A stretch of DNA of 64,000 bases from an uncultured Gemmatimonadales bacterium (GCA_963798845.1 CAWCUS010000005.1:64001-128000); one strand, 5' to 3'. Positions 25,412-36,939 are shown, numbered from the stretch's first letter. The notes: generated by a model from the sequence alone, not told the origin. Program-made: numbers and translations.

Positions 25412-25412
25412 G

Positions 25413-26963
25413 TCACCGCTCCCATGGCCGCGGGGAGCCGAACGGCCAGGTGAGACCGACGTTGAAGGTCCCGCCTTCCGGATCGCGGGGCTGCATCATG
25501 TAGCGCAGGTAGAGGAACATGAACTGGAGCTGCGCGCCCACCTCCTGGCGGAAGCGCGCTTCACGGTCGGCGGTCCAGGCGGAGCCAGCCGCGTGGACGA
25601 GGCCGAAATCCGGAGCCCCGAGGACGGGAATCGACAGGCGGGTCGGCAAGGGAATGATGTAGCGGGTTTCCACGAACACCACGTGGTCGCCCTCCTGGGC
25701 GGCGACCGGAAGGGTCTGGAGGGTGCCGGACCCGCCGACGAAGCTCCACCGCTGTCGGGGCAGCGGCTCGCCGCGGATCGGAGCCTGTGCGAACGCATCG
25801 ATCTCCAGCGTGTGACGGAAGAGTGCGTGCATCGCCCAGCTGCCACGGACGGACACGCGATCGAAGGTGAAGTCGCCGCCCTGGATCTCACCCGCGGACT
25901 CGTATTCGAGACGGCCGTCGAACAGCGTCTGCTGTCCGCGCCACTCCAGATCGAGAGCCGCGATGCCGCTGGCAATGCGGCCCTCGTCAACGGGTGGGTT
26001 CGGACGGACAGTGTCGGCGAGAATGCTCCACGGGCGGCCCGCCTCCAGCGAGCTGGCGTCCTCGACCTGGCCCGTCAGGGAGACGACGGCGGACAAGCTC
26101 TTGGCCACGTCGCCGAACTCGCGCGCAATGCTGGCCCATGCGCGGTCCACCGCGTTGTAGTCGCGGTAGTCCTTCCCGTGCCACAGGTAGTTGAGGGAAT
26201 TCCAGTTGTCGCCCCGCAGCCACCGGTCGTTGGTCGCCCAGCCGTGCTCGTAGCCGACGCCAATGCGCGTGCCGATCCAGTGGAGGCCGGCATCGGCTTC
26301 GTAGGTCGGCTCTCCGCGGTCCGTAGTCCAGCCCGCCTGAGCGTGGATCGACGGCGTGACGTTCCCGACCATCGGGAAGCGCAGGCGAGCGCCCCAGACG
26401 GCGGTGATGCCGTTGACACGGTCATACGTCGGGGTGTGGAGGCCCATGTAGCCGTCGAGGGCGAGCGGGGACGGGATCTCGGAGCCATGAATGACGATGC
26501 GCCCCTGCCCCGGCTCGCGCGTCACTTGATACGGAGCGTTCGGCAGGTCGAGGATCCGCCCGCCCACGTGCGAGAGCTCCGAGCGGTAGAGTCCCCCGGC
26601 GACATTGACGAGGTCGCCACGGACCACGGCCCCGGGCCGCACGAACGCGCCACCCCCGGCGATCACCAGGTCCCCCCGGATCTCGCCTTCGAGCACCAGC
26701 GTCGCGTCGACCACGAGGACCGATCGTGTGATGGTGTCGCCCGCGGGGAGGCGCGAGTCCGCAGCGATGATCACGGGCTCCGATCTCAGCAATCTCCTGA
26801 GCCGGCGGTCGAGGGCGGCGTCGGCGGCGCCAGAGAGGACCACGGTCACGGACTCGGCCGGGGCTGTCCCCGGGTGGAAGGGCACCTGCCCGGCGGCGCG
26901 GGAGGCGGGCGCGGTCCCGGCAGCGGCGAGCAGGGCCAGGCCGACCGTCGCTGCGCGGGTCAC
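25413..26963 (-). CDS. Secreted outer-membrane beta-barrel-like protein with N-terminal beta-helix/bactofilin-like repeats
   Basis: Signal peptide, IRGDLV/VRGDLV repeats, YDRVNG, alternating amphipathic strands and an Omp85-like QRWSFVGGSGTL loop. Confidence 0.55.
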   Translation of the reverse strand: MTRAATVGLALLAAAGTAPASRAAGQVPFHPGTAPAESVTVVLSGAADAALDRRLRRLLRSEPVIIAADSRLPAGDTITRSVLVVDATLVLEGEIRGDLVIAGGGAFVRPGAVVRGDLVNVAGGLYRSELSHVGGRILDLPNAPYQVTREPGQGRIVIHGSEIPSPLALDGYMGLHTPTYDRVNGITAVWGARLRFPMVGNVTPSIHAQAGWTTDRGEPTYEADAGLHWIGTRIGVGYEHGWATNDRWLRGDNWNSLNYLWHGKDYRDYNAVDRAWASIAREFGDVAKSLSAVVSLTGQVEDASSLEAGRPWSILADTVRPNPPVDEGRIASGIAALDLEWRGQQTLFDGRLEYESAGEIQGGDFTFDRVSVRGSWAMHALFRHTLEIDAFAQAPIRGEPLPRQRWSFVGGSGTLQTLPVAAQEGDHVVFVETRYIIPLPTRLSIPVLGAPDFGLVHAAGSAWTADREARFRQEVGAQLQFMFLYLRYMMQPRDPEGGTFNVGLTWPFGSPRPWER

Positions 26964-27541
26964 GTCGTCCGCTCCAGGAAGTTGCGGATCATGCGCTCTC
27001 CCGAGTCGCTGGCCACCGATTCAGGGTGGAACTGGACGCCCCAGACCGGGTGCCGCCGGTGCCGCACGGCCTGGACCTCGTCTTCCCAGCCCGGCTCACC
27101 GGTCCACGCCACCACCTCGAGGTCGTCGGGGATGGAGTCGGGCGCCAGCACGAGGGAATGGTAGCGCATCATGGATACCGGCGACGGGACCCCGTCGAAC
27201 AGTCCGTCTCCACGATGGACCACCGGTGAGGTCTTGCCGTGCATCAGGCGGCGGGCGCGTACCACGCGGGCACCGTAGGCCACGCCGATGGCCTGGTGCC
27301 CGAGGCACACGCCCAGGAGCGGCACGTCGGCGCCGAACCGCCGAACCGTGTCGACGCTGATTCCCGCCTCGGTCGGGGTGCACGGCCCCGGGGATATGAC
27401 GATGCCCGCGGGCGCGAGGGTGGCGACGTCGTCCGTGGTGAGCTCGTCGTTCCGACGCACGAGGACGTCCGCGCCCAGCGCCCCCAGCAGCTGGACCAGG
27501 TTGAACGTGAACGAGTCGTAGTTGTCGATGACCAGGATCAT
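26960..27541 (-). CDS. Anthranilate/aminodeoxychorismate synthase component II (glutamine amidotransferase, TrpG/PabA)
   Basis: MILVIDNYDSFTFNL, ISPGPCTP, GVCLGHQ and GVQFHPES. Confidence 0.93.
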   Translation of the reverse strand: MILVIDNYDSFTFNLVQLLGALGADVLVRRNDELTTDDVATLAPAGIVISPGPCTPTEAGISVDTVRRFGADVPLLGVCLGHQAIGVAYGARVVRARRLMHGKTSPVVHRGDGLFDGVPSPVSMMRYHSLVLAPDSIPDDLEVVAWTGEPGWEDEVQAVRHRRHPVWGVQFHPESVASDSGERMIRNFLERTT

Positions 27542-28431
27542 GCCCGGGGATGATAGCGTCGGTGCACGTCCCTGAGATAGTCTCGGTCCACGTGCGTGTA
27601 AATCTGCGTCGTCGCAATGTCGGCGTGCCCCAGCATCTCCTGGACCGACGCCAGGTCCGCGCCCCCTTCCAGGAGGTGCGTGGCGAAGGTGTGGCGAAGC
27701 GTGTGCGGCGTCACCCGCCGCTCGATCCCGGCGCGGTCCACGTGCTTTCGGAGGATCTTCCACACGCCCATGCGTGTGAGCGGGGCCCCGCGTGCGTTGA
27801 GGAAGAGCACCCCTTCCCCTCTCCCCCGCCCCGCTTCCAGCCGGCCTCGGAGCTCGCGCACATAGGTGCGGATGGCCCGGACCGCGGCGCTGCCGACCGG
27901 TACCAGCCGCTCCTTGCTCCCCTTCCCATAGACTGCCGCGAACCCCTCCACGAGGTCCACGTCCCGCACCTTCACTCCGATCAGCTCGCTCACGCGCACG
28001 CCCGAGGCATACGCCAGCTCCAGCATCGCGCGGTCCCGGAAAAAGAGTGGATCCGCCGGGTCCGGCGCGTCGATGAGCCGCGTGATCTCCGTGCGGGTGA
28101 GCACGTCGGGGAGGCGGCGCCAGGTCTGCGGAGACTCGATCTGCTCGGTCGGGTCGCTCTCCACCAGGTCCTCGGTGAGCAGAAAGGCGAAGTAGGTCCG
28201 GATCGCCGACAGCGCGCGCCGGATGGAGCTGGGGGCCAGGCCGCGGTCCCGGAGCTGGTAGGTGAACTCGCGGACGTCCGAGACGGAGGCTTCGCCCGGA
28301 TCGCGGACGCCGCGGGACTCCAGAAACTCCACCAGCCGGGCGAGGTCCCGGCGGTACGCGTCCAGCGTCCGGGGGCTCAGCCCGCGCTCGAACGCGAGAT
28401 AGTCGTGGAAGCGCTCCGCGTGGAAGCTCAT
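27538..28431 (-). CDS. xerD: Site-specific tyrosine recombinase XerD
   Basis: YASGVRVSEL, GKGSKER, HTLRHTFATHLL and LGHADIATTQIYTHV; the full R-K-H-R-H-Y catalytic set is present. Confidence 0.88.
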   Translation of the reverse strand: MSFHAERFHDYLAFERGLSPRTLDAYRRDLARLVEFLESRGVRDPGEASVSDVREFTYQLRDRGLAPSSIRRALSAIRTYFAFLLTEDLVESDPTEQIESPQTWRRLPDVLTRTEITRLIDAPDPADPLFFRDRAMLELAYASGVRVSELIGVKVRDVDLVEGFAAVYGKGSKERLVPVGSAAVRAIRTYVRELRGRLEAGRGRGEGVLFLNARGAPLTRMGVWKILRKHVDRAGIERRVTPHTLRHTFATHLLEGGADLASVQEMLGHADIATTQIYTHVDRDYLRDVHRRYHPRA

Positions 28432-29052
28432 CGCTCTTCCGGATGGCGGCGGGTGCGCCACCACCAGACCAGCACCAGGACCACTGCGGCCACCGCCAAC
28501 CAGACCAGCACGTGGTTGACGCGGCCGAATATGCGGGCGATGGCACCGAGGTTATGGCCCATGAACGCGCCCAGGTAGACGAGGAAGCCGTACCAGAGCG
28601 CGGACGCGATGACGGTGGGCGGAATGACGTGGATGGCGCGCATCCGCGACACGCCCGCGAATACGGGGACCATGGCCCGGAACGCGGGGAGGAAGCGGCT
28701 GAAGAATATGGCGGGAATCCCCATCCGCAGATAGAACCCGGCGATCTGCTCCAGCTGGTGCTCGCGGAGGAGCCAGCGCGCGACCGGCATCTTGAAGAAG
28801 GCGCGCCCGTACCGGCGGGCCACCGCGTACACCGCGATCGCCGACGCGACGTTCGAGAGCCACGTGACCAGGAAGACGATCCACACGCCGGCCGCCCCCC
28901 TGGCGGACAGGAGCGCACCCACCAGCACGAAGGTGTCCGCGGGGACGGGCGGAACAATGTTCTCCGTGGCGGCACCGGCTCCAAGGATGACGTAGAATGA
29001 GCCAGGCGGGGAGCGCGGTGAGGGCGCGGAGGATCTCCTGGAGCAGCGCCAT
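28428..29052 (-). CDS. dedA: DedA family membrane protein; one extra base near 28996 splits the frame
   Basis: ENIVPPVPAD and SRFLPAFR...AG motifs. The N-terminus MALLQEILRALTALPAWL lies in the adjacent frame and joins at CTC ATT (C) TAC GTC. Confidence 0.85.
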
Positions 29053-29061
29053 GACCTCGTC

Positions 29062-29535
29062 TCACGCGCAGTGGATCGCTGCAACGGCGAGAGCGGCCAG
29101 CCCCTCCCCCCGCCCGATCCAGCCCATCCCCTCGTTGCTCTTCCCCTTGACCGATACGGCCCCTACATCCACGCGCAGCGCTTCCGCGAGCCGCTCCCGC
29201 ATGGCGATCACGTGTGGCGCGATCTGCGGCGCTTCGCAGATCACGGTGACGTCGGCGTTCACCACCGTGCAGCCGTGCCCGTGCAGGAGCTCGACCACCT
29301 GCCTGAGCAGGGCCATCGAGTCCGCCCCCTGCCAGCGCTCGTCGGTGGGCGGGAAGTGGCTCCCAATGTCACCGAGCGCGGCGGCGCCGAGGAGCGCGTC
29401 CGTCACGGCGTGGGCCACGGCATCGGCGTCGGAGTGGCCCGCCAGGCCGTGGGGGTGCGGGATCAACTCGCCCGCGAGGACCAGCGGGCGGCCTTCCGCG
29501 AAGCGGTGCGAGTCGTAGCCAATGCCTGCACGCAT
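29062..29535 (-). CDS. ispF: 2-C-methyl-D-erythritol 2,4-cyclodiphosphate synthase
   Basis: GIGYDSHRF, GHSDADAVAHA, GDIGSHFP and SVKGKSNEGMG. Confidence 0.95.
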   Translation of the reverse strand: MRAGIGYDSHRFAEGRPLVLAGELIPHPHGLAGHSDADAVAHAVTDALLGAAALGDIGSHFPPTDERWQGADSMALLRQVVELLHGHGCTVVNADVTVICEAPQIAPHVIAMRERLAEALRVDVGAVSVKGKSNEGMGWIGRGEGLAALAVAAIHCA

Positions 29536-29623
29536 GTCACCTCTCAAACGAAACCGGGAGCGATGGCTTCGCTCCCGGTCCACCGCCGATTGCGGCGCCA
29601 GTTCCCGCAGCTCCAGGGACGGC

Positions 29624-30892
<1,269 letters not shown>

Positions 30893-30910
30893 CTCCGACT
30901 CCGGCGGCCC

Positions 30911-31150
30911 TTACTCCTTGTGCTCCTCGATGTACTTGATGGCGTCACCCACCGTCTGGAGCTGCTCGGCATCCTCGTCCGGGATCTCCATGCCGAACTC
31001 CTCCTCGAAGGCCATGACCAGCTCCACCGTGTCGAGCGAGTCCGCCCCGAGATCCTCCACGAACGACGCCTCGGCCGTCACCTTCTCCGCCTCGACGCCC
31101 AGCTCGTTGACGATGATCTCCCGGACCCTCGCCTCAGTGTTCTCCGCCAT
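30911..31150 (-). CDS. acpP: Acyl carrier protein
   Basis: [20 protein letters not shown]. Confidence 0.98.
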   Translation of the reverse strand: MAENTEARVREIIVNELGVEAEKVTAEASFVEDLGADSLDTVELVMAFEEEFGMEIPDEDAEQLQTVGDAIKYIEEHKE

Positions 31151-31176
31151 CCTGTCCTCTCTGTGTGGGTGTACCT

Positions 31177-31920
31177 TCAGATGACCATGCCGCCATCGAC
31201 CACGATCACCTGTCCGGTGATGTAGCCGGCGTCCGGTCCTGCCAGAAACGCCACCACGCCCGCCACGTCCTCCGGCGAGCCGAGCCGACCCAGCGCGATC
31301 TGCGCCAGGAGCGACTCCCGCGCCGCTTCCGTCAGCTCCGCCGTCATGTCCGTCTCGATGAAGCCGGGCGCCACGGCGTTGCACAGCACGTTCCGCGAAG
31401 CCAGCTCCTTTGCCACGGACTTCGTGAGTCCGATGAGGCCGGCCTTCGACGCTGCGTAGTTTACCTGTCCGCGGTTGCCGGTCAAGCCGACCACGCTACT
31501 GATGTTGATGATCCGGCCGCTCCGCCGCTTCATCATCCCTCTCGCGGCAGCCCGGATCATGTGGAACGCGCCCTTCAGGTTGGTGTCGAGGACGCTGTCC
31601 CACTCCTCGTCGCCCAGCCGAAACACGATGTTGTCCGCAGTGACCCCGGCGTTGTTCACCAGCACGTCGATGCCGCCCAGCTCGCTCTCCACGCGCTTCA
31701 CCAGCCCGTCCACGGCCACGCGGTCCGAGACGTCGCACGCGGCGCCCAGGTGACCGCTGCCCGGGAGGTCCGCCGCCGCCGCCGCCGCGCCTTCCTCTGA
31801 GCGCGCCGTCACCACCACGGTCGCTCCGTCCCGGGCCAGCCGCTGGGCGAGCACGCGGCCGATGCCACGGCTGCCGCCCGTGACCACGGCCGTCCGGCCT
31901 TCCAGTGAAGGTTCCGCCAT
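31177..31920 (-). CDS. fabG: 3-oxoacyl-ACP reductase
   Basis: [20 protein letters not shown] and [10 protein letters not shown]. Confidence 0.96.
   Translation of the reverse strand: MAEPSLEGRTAVVTGGSRGIGRVLAQRLARDGATVVVTARSEEGAAAAAADLPGSGHLGAACDVSDRVAVDGLVKRVESELGGIDVLVNNAGVTADNIVFRLGDEEWDSVLDTNLKGAFHMIRAAARGMMKRRSGRIINISSVVGLTGNRGQVNYAASKAGLIGLTKSVAKELASRNVLCNAVAPGFIETDMTAELTEAARESLLAQIALGRLGSPEDVAGVVAFLAGPDAGYITGQVIVVDGGMVI
31458..31485 (-). promoter_or_regulatory. Putative internal sigma-70 promoter inside fabG driving acpP-fabF
   Basis: The minus strand reads TTGACC-N16-TAAACT, built from AT-rich synonymous codons (TTG, GTA), about 310 nt upstream of acpP. Confidence 0.45.
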
Positions 31921-31921
31921 G

Positions 31922-32849
31922 TCAGCTTTCCAGGAACGCGGTCACGCCCGCGGCGGTGCCGAGGCTCACCACCTCTGCGGTGCGCTCGATCCGCTTCATC
32001 AGCCCGGCCAGCACCGTGCCCGGCCCCAGCTCGAGGAAACGCTGCGCGCCGCTCTCCAGCATGGTGCGCATGGACGCGCTCCAGCGCACGGGCGACGTCA
32101 GCTGCTCCACCAGCAGGCGCCTGGCCTCCACCGGGTCCGTCACCGGCCTCGCCGTGACGTTCGAAACCACCGGGAAGGTTGGCGGTGAGAACGCCACTTC
32201 CGCCGAGATGTTCGCGCAGCCCCACTTCCGCCACCGACATGAGCGGGGAGTGGAACGCGCCGGACACGTTCAGCGCCAGCGCCCTGCGGGCGCCCGCTTC
32301 CTTCGCCAGCTCGACCGCCCGCTCGACGGCCCGCGAGTCACCGCTGATCACGGTTTGCCCCGGAGCGTTGAAGTTGGCCGGAACGCACGCCTCGCCATCG
32401 GTGGACGCACGGCTGCACACCTCCTCCAGAACATCGTCGTCGAGGCCGAGGACGGCGGCCATGGCTCCCGGACGGGCAAGTCCCGACTCGTACATGAGCT
32501 CGCCCCGGCGGCGGACGGCGCGCACCGCATCGTCGAAGGAGAGGGCCCCCGCGATCACGTAGGCGCTGAACTCGCCCAGCGAGTGTCCCGCGGCCATGCC
32601 GGCCTCGCCCCCCAGCCGCTCGGCCACGACCGCGTGCACGGCGATGGCGTGCGTGAGGATCGCGGGCTGGGCGTTGTGCGTGGCCGTCAGCTCGTTCTCC
32701 GGACCCTGCCACATGACCCGGGAAAGGTCGACGTCGAGTGCCGCATCCGCGCGCTCGAAAACCTCCCTGGCCACCGGGAACGCCCCGGCCAGATCGCGTC
32801 CCATGCCCACGTGCTGGGCCCCCTGCCCCGGGAGGAGGACCCCTACCAC
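31922..32849 (-). CDS. fabD: Malonyl-CoA-ACP transacylase; one extra G near 32203 splits the frame
   Basis: PGQGAQ, AQPAIL, GHSLGE and SGAFHSPLM are in one frame; VVSNVTA, QLTSPVRW and ELGPG are in the next. Junction CTC (G) GCG GAA GTG. Confidence 0.92.
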
Positions 32850-33835
32850 CTCAGCACCGCCGAAGCCCATGTGAAGCCGGCGCCGAACGCCGCCATGAGC
32901 ACGTGGTCGCCCCGCTTCAGCCGCCCCTGCTCCAGCGCTTCGTCCAGCGCCACGGGAATGGTGGCCGAGCTCATGTTGCCGTAGCGGTCCACGTTCACGA
33001 AAACCTTCTCCATCGGCACGTTGGCGTACTTCGCGGTGGCCTCGATGATCCGGATGTTGGCCTGGTGCGGGATGAAGAGATCGATGTCGTCGCCCGTGAG
33101 CCCGGCACGCAGCAGCGCCTGGTCGGAAGCTTCGGCCATCGAGCGAACGGCGGCCTTGAACACCTCCCGCCCCGCCATCTTCACCAGGTGGTTCCGCTCG
33201 TCCAGAACCGCCACGTCCATGGGCATGCGCGTGCCACCCCCCGGTCGCCAGAGCAGCTCGGCCAGCGTGCCGTCCGAGCGGATGAAGCTTGAGATCAGAC
33301 CGCGGCCGTCTTCGGAGCGCTTCACCACGGCCGCGCCCGCGCCGTCGCCGAACAGGACGGCCGTGGAGCGGTCCCCCCAGTCGACGATCGACGTCATCTT
33401 CTCGGTCGAGACGACGAGAGCGATCTCGGCCCGATTCGCCGCCAGGTGCCCTTCGGCGATGGAGAGGGCATAGATGAACCCGGAGCACGCGGCGCCGATG
33501 TCGTAGGCGGCCGCGTTCTTCGCCCCGAGCAGCGCCTGGAGGTCACAGGCCGTGGAGGGGAGCAGCCGGTCGGGCGTCGCAGTGGAGAGGACGATCACGT
33601 CGATCTCTCCCGGGTGGACTCCCGCGCGCTCCATGGCGATGCGGGCTGCCCGCGCGCCCATGTCCGCGGCGCCCGTGTCGTCGTCCGCGATCCGACGCTC
33701 GATGATGCCCGTGCGCTCGCGGATCCACGCGTCGGAGGTGTCCAGCTCCTTCTCGAGATCGTGATTCGTCACCACCCGGTCCGGCAGGTACCGCCCCGTG
33801 GATACGATCTCGACCACCGGCTTTGGAACCTTCAT
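32843..33835 (-). CDS. fabH: 3-oxoacyl-ACP synthase III
   Basis: AACSGF, FGDGAGA, PHQANIRI, YGNMSSA and FGAGFTW. Confidence 0.97.
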   Translation of the reverse strand: MKVPKPVVEIVSTGRYLPDRVVTNHDLEKELDTSDAWIRERTGIIERRIADDDTGAADMGARAARIAMERAGVHPGEIDVIVLSTATPDRLLPSTACDLQALLGAKNAAAYDIGAACSGFIYALSIAEGHLAANRAEIALVVSTEKMTSIVDWGDRSTAVLFGDGAGAAVVKRSEDGRGLISSFIRSDGTLAELLWRPGGGTRMPMDVAVLDERNHLVKMAGREVFKAAVRSMAEASDQALLRAGLTGDDIDLFIPHQANIRIIEATAKYANVPMEKVFVNVDRYGNMSSATIPVALDEALEQGRLKRGDHVLMAAFGAGFTWASAVLRW

Positions 33836-34818
33836 TCGCCGCCCGGGTGGATGCCGACCTCCTCGCGGATGTGGCCAACCATGTGCGCGTTCGATGCCGT
33901 GACGGCTACCCGGATCGCGTTCGTGATCGCGCGCGGAGGTGAGCCGCCATGGCAGATGATCGAGATCCCGTTCACGCCCAGCAGCGGCGCTCCGCCGTAC
34001 TCGGCGTAGTCGAGGATCCGGGTGACGCGCCCGACGCTCGGCTCCTTGGCCGCGTCGCTCATCTCGCGACGCAGAAGGCCGAACACGAAGCCGGCCACGC
34101 TCTCGTAGAATTTCAGCAGGACGTTGCCGACGAAACCGTCGGTGACCAGCACGTCGCAGCCACCCGCGATGATGTCGTGTCCTTCCATGTTGCCGATGAA
34201 GCGGAGCCCGCTCTCCTGCAGCCGACGATAGCTCTCCACCGCCAGCTCGTTCCCCTTCTCCGGCTCCTCCCCGATGTTCAGCAGCCCGACGCTCGGGTTC
34301 TCCCGTCCCAGCACGTCACGCGCGTACACCGCACCCAGGCGCGCGAACTGGACCAGGTGGCTCGGCCGGCAGTCCACGTTCGCCCCGGCATCGAGCATGA
34401 CCATCGGTCCTTTCGACGTGGGGAGGATTGTCGCGATCGCCGGCCGGTCCACGCCGGGCAGCGGCCGCAGGATGAAGAGCGACGCGGCCATCACCGCCCC
34501 CGTGGAGCCGGCGCTGACGAACGCGTCCGCTTCCCCGTCCTTCTGCAGGTTCAGTCCCCGGACGATGGAGGAGTCCGGCTTACGGCGCACCGCCGTAGCC
34601 GGACCCTCGCGCGGGTCGATGCGCTCCGAGGCATGAACCAGCCCCAGACGCTCGTCTTCGGATTCCCCGAGACGCTTCAGCTCGCGCCGCAGGAGATCCG
34701 TATCCCCCACCAGCACCAGCTGGAAGTCGTCCGGGAGGGCGCGCAGCGCTTCGATAGAGCCTTCCACCTCCACCGCCGGGTGGCGGTCGGTGCCCATGGC
34801 GTCTACCGCAATGCGCAC
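33832..34818 (-). CDS. plsX: Phosphate acyltransferase
   Basis: IAVDAMG, SAGSTGA, LDAGAN, LLNIGEEPEKG and YGGAPLLG. Confidence 0.96.
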   Translation of the reverse strand: MRIAVDAMGTDRHPAVEVEGSIEALRALPDDFQLVLVGDTDLLRRELKRLGESEDERLGLVHASERIDPREGPATAVRRKPDSSIVRGLNLQKDGEADAFVSAGSTGAVMAASLFILRPLPGVDRPAIATILPTSKGPMVMLDAGANVDCRPSHLVQFARLGAVYARDVLGRENPSVGLLNIGEEPEKGNELAVESYRRLQESGLRFIGNMEGHDIIAGGCDVLVTDGFVGNVLLKFYESVAGFVFGLLRREMSDAAKEPSVGRVTRILDYAEYGGAPLLGVNGISIICHGGSPPRAITNAIRVAVTASNAHMVGHIREEVGIHPGGE

Positions 34819-34833
34819 GGCGAGCGCCTCCCG

Positions 34834-35016
34834 CTAGAGTTCTTCGACTTCGACGACCTGCTTGCCCTTGTACGTCCCGCACGTCGGGCAGACCCGGTGC
34901 GGCATCCTCGGGTCTCCGCAGTTCGGACACGCCGACAGCGTCGGCACCGACGCCGTGTGGTGCGTCCGGCGCTTCCGCTTGCGCTGCTTCAATGTCCGCT
35001 TCTTGGGTACGGCCAT
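34834..35016 (-). CDS. rpmF: 50S ribosomal protein L32 (Zn-binding form)
   Basis: MAVPKKR...CPNC...[13 protein letters not shown]. Confidence 0.97.
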   Translation of the reverse strand: MAVPKKRTLKQRKRKRRTHHTASVPTLSACPNCGDPRMPHRVCPTCGTYKGKQVVEVEEL

Positions 35017-35029
35017 GCTCGCCTTCCTC

Positions 35030-35536
35030 CTAGTCCTCGCGCTTCAGCTGTCGAAGCGGCGCCCACCGCTCCTCCACCTCGTCACTCGTGCACCCGCACG
35101 TGCCCTCGTTCAGGTTGGTCCCGCACCTCGGGCACAGCCCCCGACAGTCCTTGCGGCAGATCACGTAGCTCGGGACCGCCACCAGCAGCAGCTCCCGCAC
35201 GGCCGGGACCACGTCCAGCGTCGCCTCGTCCGGAAGCGGGAGCACGTCTTCCGGCTCGTCCGCGTCCACCTCTCCCGCCTTGTACAGGAGCCCCACCTCC
35301 TCGTCGACCCCCGCCACCACCGGCTCCAGGCAGCGACGGCACTCCAGCCGGAACTCGCCCGCGACCCGGCCACGAACCACCACGTCCGGGCCCGCCTGCT
35401 GCGCCTCCAGGCGCACCTCCAGCGGCGCCGCGGGCCTCAGCTCCAGGCCCGTCCAGAACGTGTCGTCGGGCGGAATGTCCGCGTCCACGCTGGCCCGGCC
35501 GTCGCGTGCCAGCCGGTTCAGGTCGACAAGAAGCAT
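35030..35536 (-). CDS. yceD: DUF177/YceD family protein
   Basis: CRRCL and [17 protein letters not shown]; immediately upstream of rpmF. Confidence 0.9.
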   Translation of the reverse strand: MLLVDLNRLARDGRASVDADIPPDDTFWTGLELRPAAPLEVRLEAQQAGPDVVVRGRVAGEFRLECRRCLEPVVAGVDEEVGLLYKAGEVDADEPEDVLPLPDEATLDVVPAVRELLLVAVPSYVICRKDCRGLCPRCGTNLNEGTCGCTSDEVEERWAPLRQLKRED

Positions 35537-35545
35537 AGCTTGCAA

Positions 35546-35573
35546 AGATTGCCAGTTTTTGCCGAAGTGTCAA
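35546..35573 (-). promoter_or_regulatory. Putative sigma-70 promoter of the yceD-rpmF-plsX-fab operon (near-leaderless)
   Basis: A perfect TTGACA, a 16-nt spacer ending in TGG, then CAATCT, which lies 9 nt from the yceD ATG. Confidence 0.6.
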
Positions 35574-35614
35574 CGTCAGACGGCCTCGGCCGGCCCGCGG
35601 CCAGGCACGGGCGC

Positions 35615-36037
35615 TCAGCGCGCTCCGATCTCGTCGCCTTCCGAGAAGAAGAAACGAATCTCCCGGGCGGCGGTCTCCGGCGCGTCCGACGCATGGATCG
35701 AGTTGCGCTCCTTGGACTCGGCGTAGCGGGCACGAACCGTGCCCTCGCGGGCTTCCGCCGGGTCGGTGGCGCCGATGACATCCCGCAAGCTGGCGACGGC
35801 GTCGTCGCGCTCGAGGAGGACGGGGAAAACGGGTCCGGAGGTCATGAAGGCGACGAGGGAGCCGAAGAAGGGACGCCCACGGTGGACGGCATAGAACTCC
35901 TGCGCCTGGGCCTCGGACAGATGGAGGGTGCGGATTGCGCGGATGCGGAAGCCGGCCTCTTCCAGCTGGGCGAGAATGCGGCCGGTGAGCCCGCGCCGGG
36001 CGGCGTCGGGCTTGATGATGGCGAGTGTCTGTTCCAT
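35615..36037 (-). CDS. ndk: Nucleoside diphosphate kinase
   Basis: TLAIIKPDA, FYAVH, GATDP and RNSIHASD. Confidence 0.96.
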   Translation of the reverse strand: MEQTLAIIKPDAARRGLTGRILAQLEEAGFRIRAIRTLHLSEAQAQEFYAVHRGRPFFGSLVAFMTSGPVFPVLLERDDAVASLRDVIGATDPAEAREGTVRARYAESKERNSIHASDAPETAAREIRFFFSEGDEIGAR

Positions 36038-36057
36038 GGGCTTCGACTTCAGTGGTT

Positions 36058-36939
36058 TCAGGTTCGACCGAAGAGCTTTCGAATGATGTCCGCCCGGGAG
36101 ACCATGCCGGCGATGGTGCCGGCGTGGACGACGGGGACCTGCTCCACGTCCTTGTTGATCATCATGCTGGCGACTTCGCTCACGCCGAGGTCTTCGGAGA
36201 CGCACAGGACCGAGCGCGTCATGACATCGCGGACCGGTCGATCGGCGAGGTCGCTGGCGTGGGGGTCGTCGGAGCCGGCGCGCGGGATCTTGGGCAGGAG
36301 GGTGCGCATCAAGTCGGCTTCCGTGACGATCCCCATGACCTCTCCCTTGGTGCCGACCACGGGCACGGCCTGCAGGCGGCGGCGGAGCATGAGGTCGAGA
36401 GTGCCGCGGAGTGTGGCGTCCGGGGGCACGGAGTGGATCCTGTGGGTCATGACGTCGCGCACCGCCAGGCTCGGCTGGATGCGGAGGTCCTGGAGGTCGG
36501 GGAGCGCGAGCACGGCGGTGGCGTCGGGTTGCGCGACCAGGCGGTCGATGATGCCGGGCGAGCGCAGTACTCGGGCGAGGGTGGAGGTGGCCTGGAGGTA
36601 GAAGCTGGCGGCATCCAGGGGTGCCAGGACGAGTGCGACGACACGGGGTCGGATGTCGAGGCCGGGCTCGTGGGAAGGGATCCCTGCGGGAGTGAGCCCG
36701 AGGGCGAGGGTGAGGCTGGCCACGGCGTCGGAGCGGTAGTGCGGCAGCAGCACGTCCTCGCTGATGGCCACCACCTCGCGGATCGGCTCGCTCCGGATGC
36801 GCCGGTGAAGCGCCTCGGAGCGGGCGACCGCGCCGGTTTCCTCGAGGCGGGCCTCGAGTTGCTCCACCGCGTCGCGAACGTCATCCGCCCGGAGCGGTAC
36901 GATCACGTGCTCCGGGCGGAGCAGGTCCAGGAGATCCAT
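36058..36939 (-). CDS. PTS EIIA type-2-like domain fused to a CBS pair
   Basis: The N-half resembles EIIA-Ntr/Fru (LLRPEHV, LLPHYR, YLQATSTLARVL). The C-half has two CBS repeats (VRDVMT...PVV...GIVTEAD and VRDVMT...PVV...GMVSRAD). Confidence 0.75.
   Translation of the reverse strand: MDLLDLLRPEHVIVPLRADDVRDAVEQLEARLEETGAVARSEALHRRIRSEPIREVVAISEDVLLPHYRSDAVASLTLALGLTPAGIPSHEPGLDIRPRVVALVLAPLDAASFYLQATSTLARVLRSPGIIDRLVAQPDATAVLALPDLQDLRIQPSLAVRDVMTHRIHSVPPDATLRGTLDLMLRRRLQAVPVVGTKGEVMGIVTEADLMRTLLPKIPRAGSDDPHASDLADRPVRDVMTRSVLCVSEDLGVSEVASMMINKDVEQVPVVHAGTIAGMVSRADIIRKLFGRT

Noticed and set aside
27538..28431. Tyrosine recombinase as a prophage or island integrase
   Set aside because: Length and motifs match housekeeping XerD. 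It is translationally coupled to dedA and trpG, and there are no att-like repeats or cargo genes.
26960..29065. Apparent 701-aa ORF fusing an unknown N-terminus to TrpG; likewise the extended ORFs for pyrG, nuoM, nuoB, nuoD, sdhB, ispF and acpP
   Set aside because: The extensions overlap upstream genes in another frame, and the true starts sit at or just after the upstream stop codons. The LptB extension differs because it occupies its own non-overlapping DNA.
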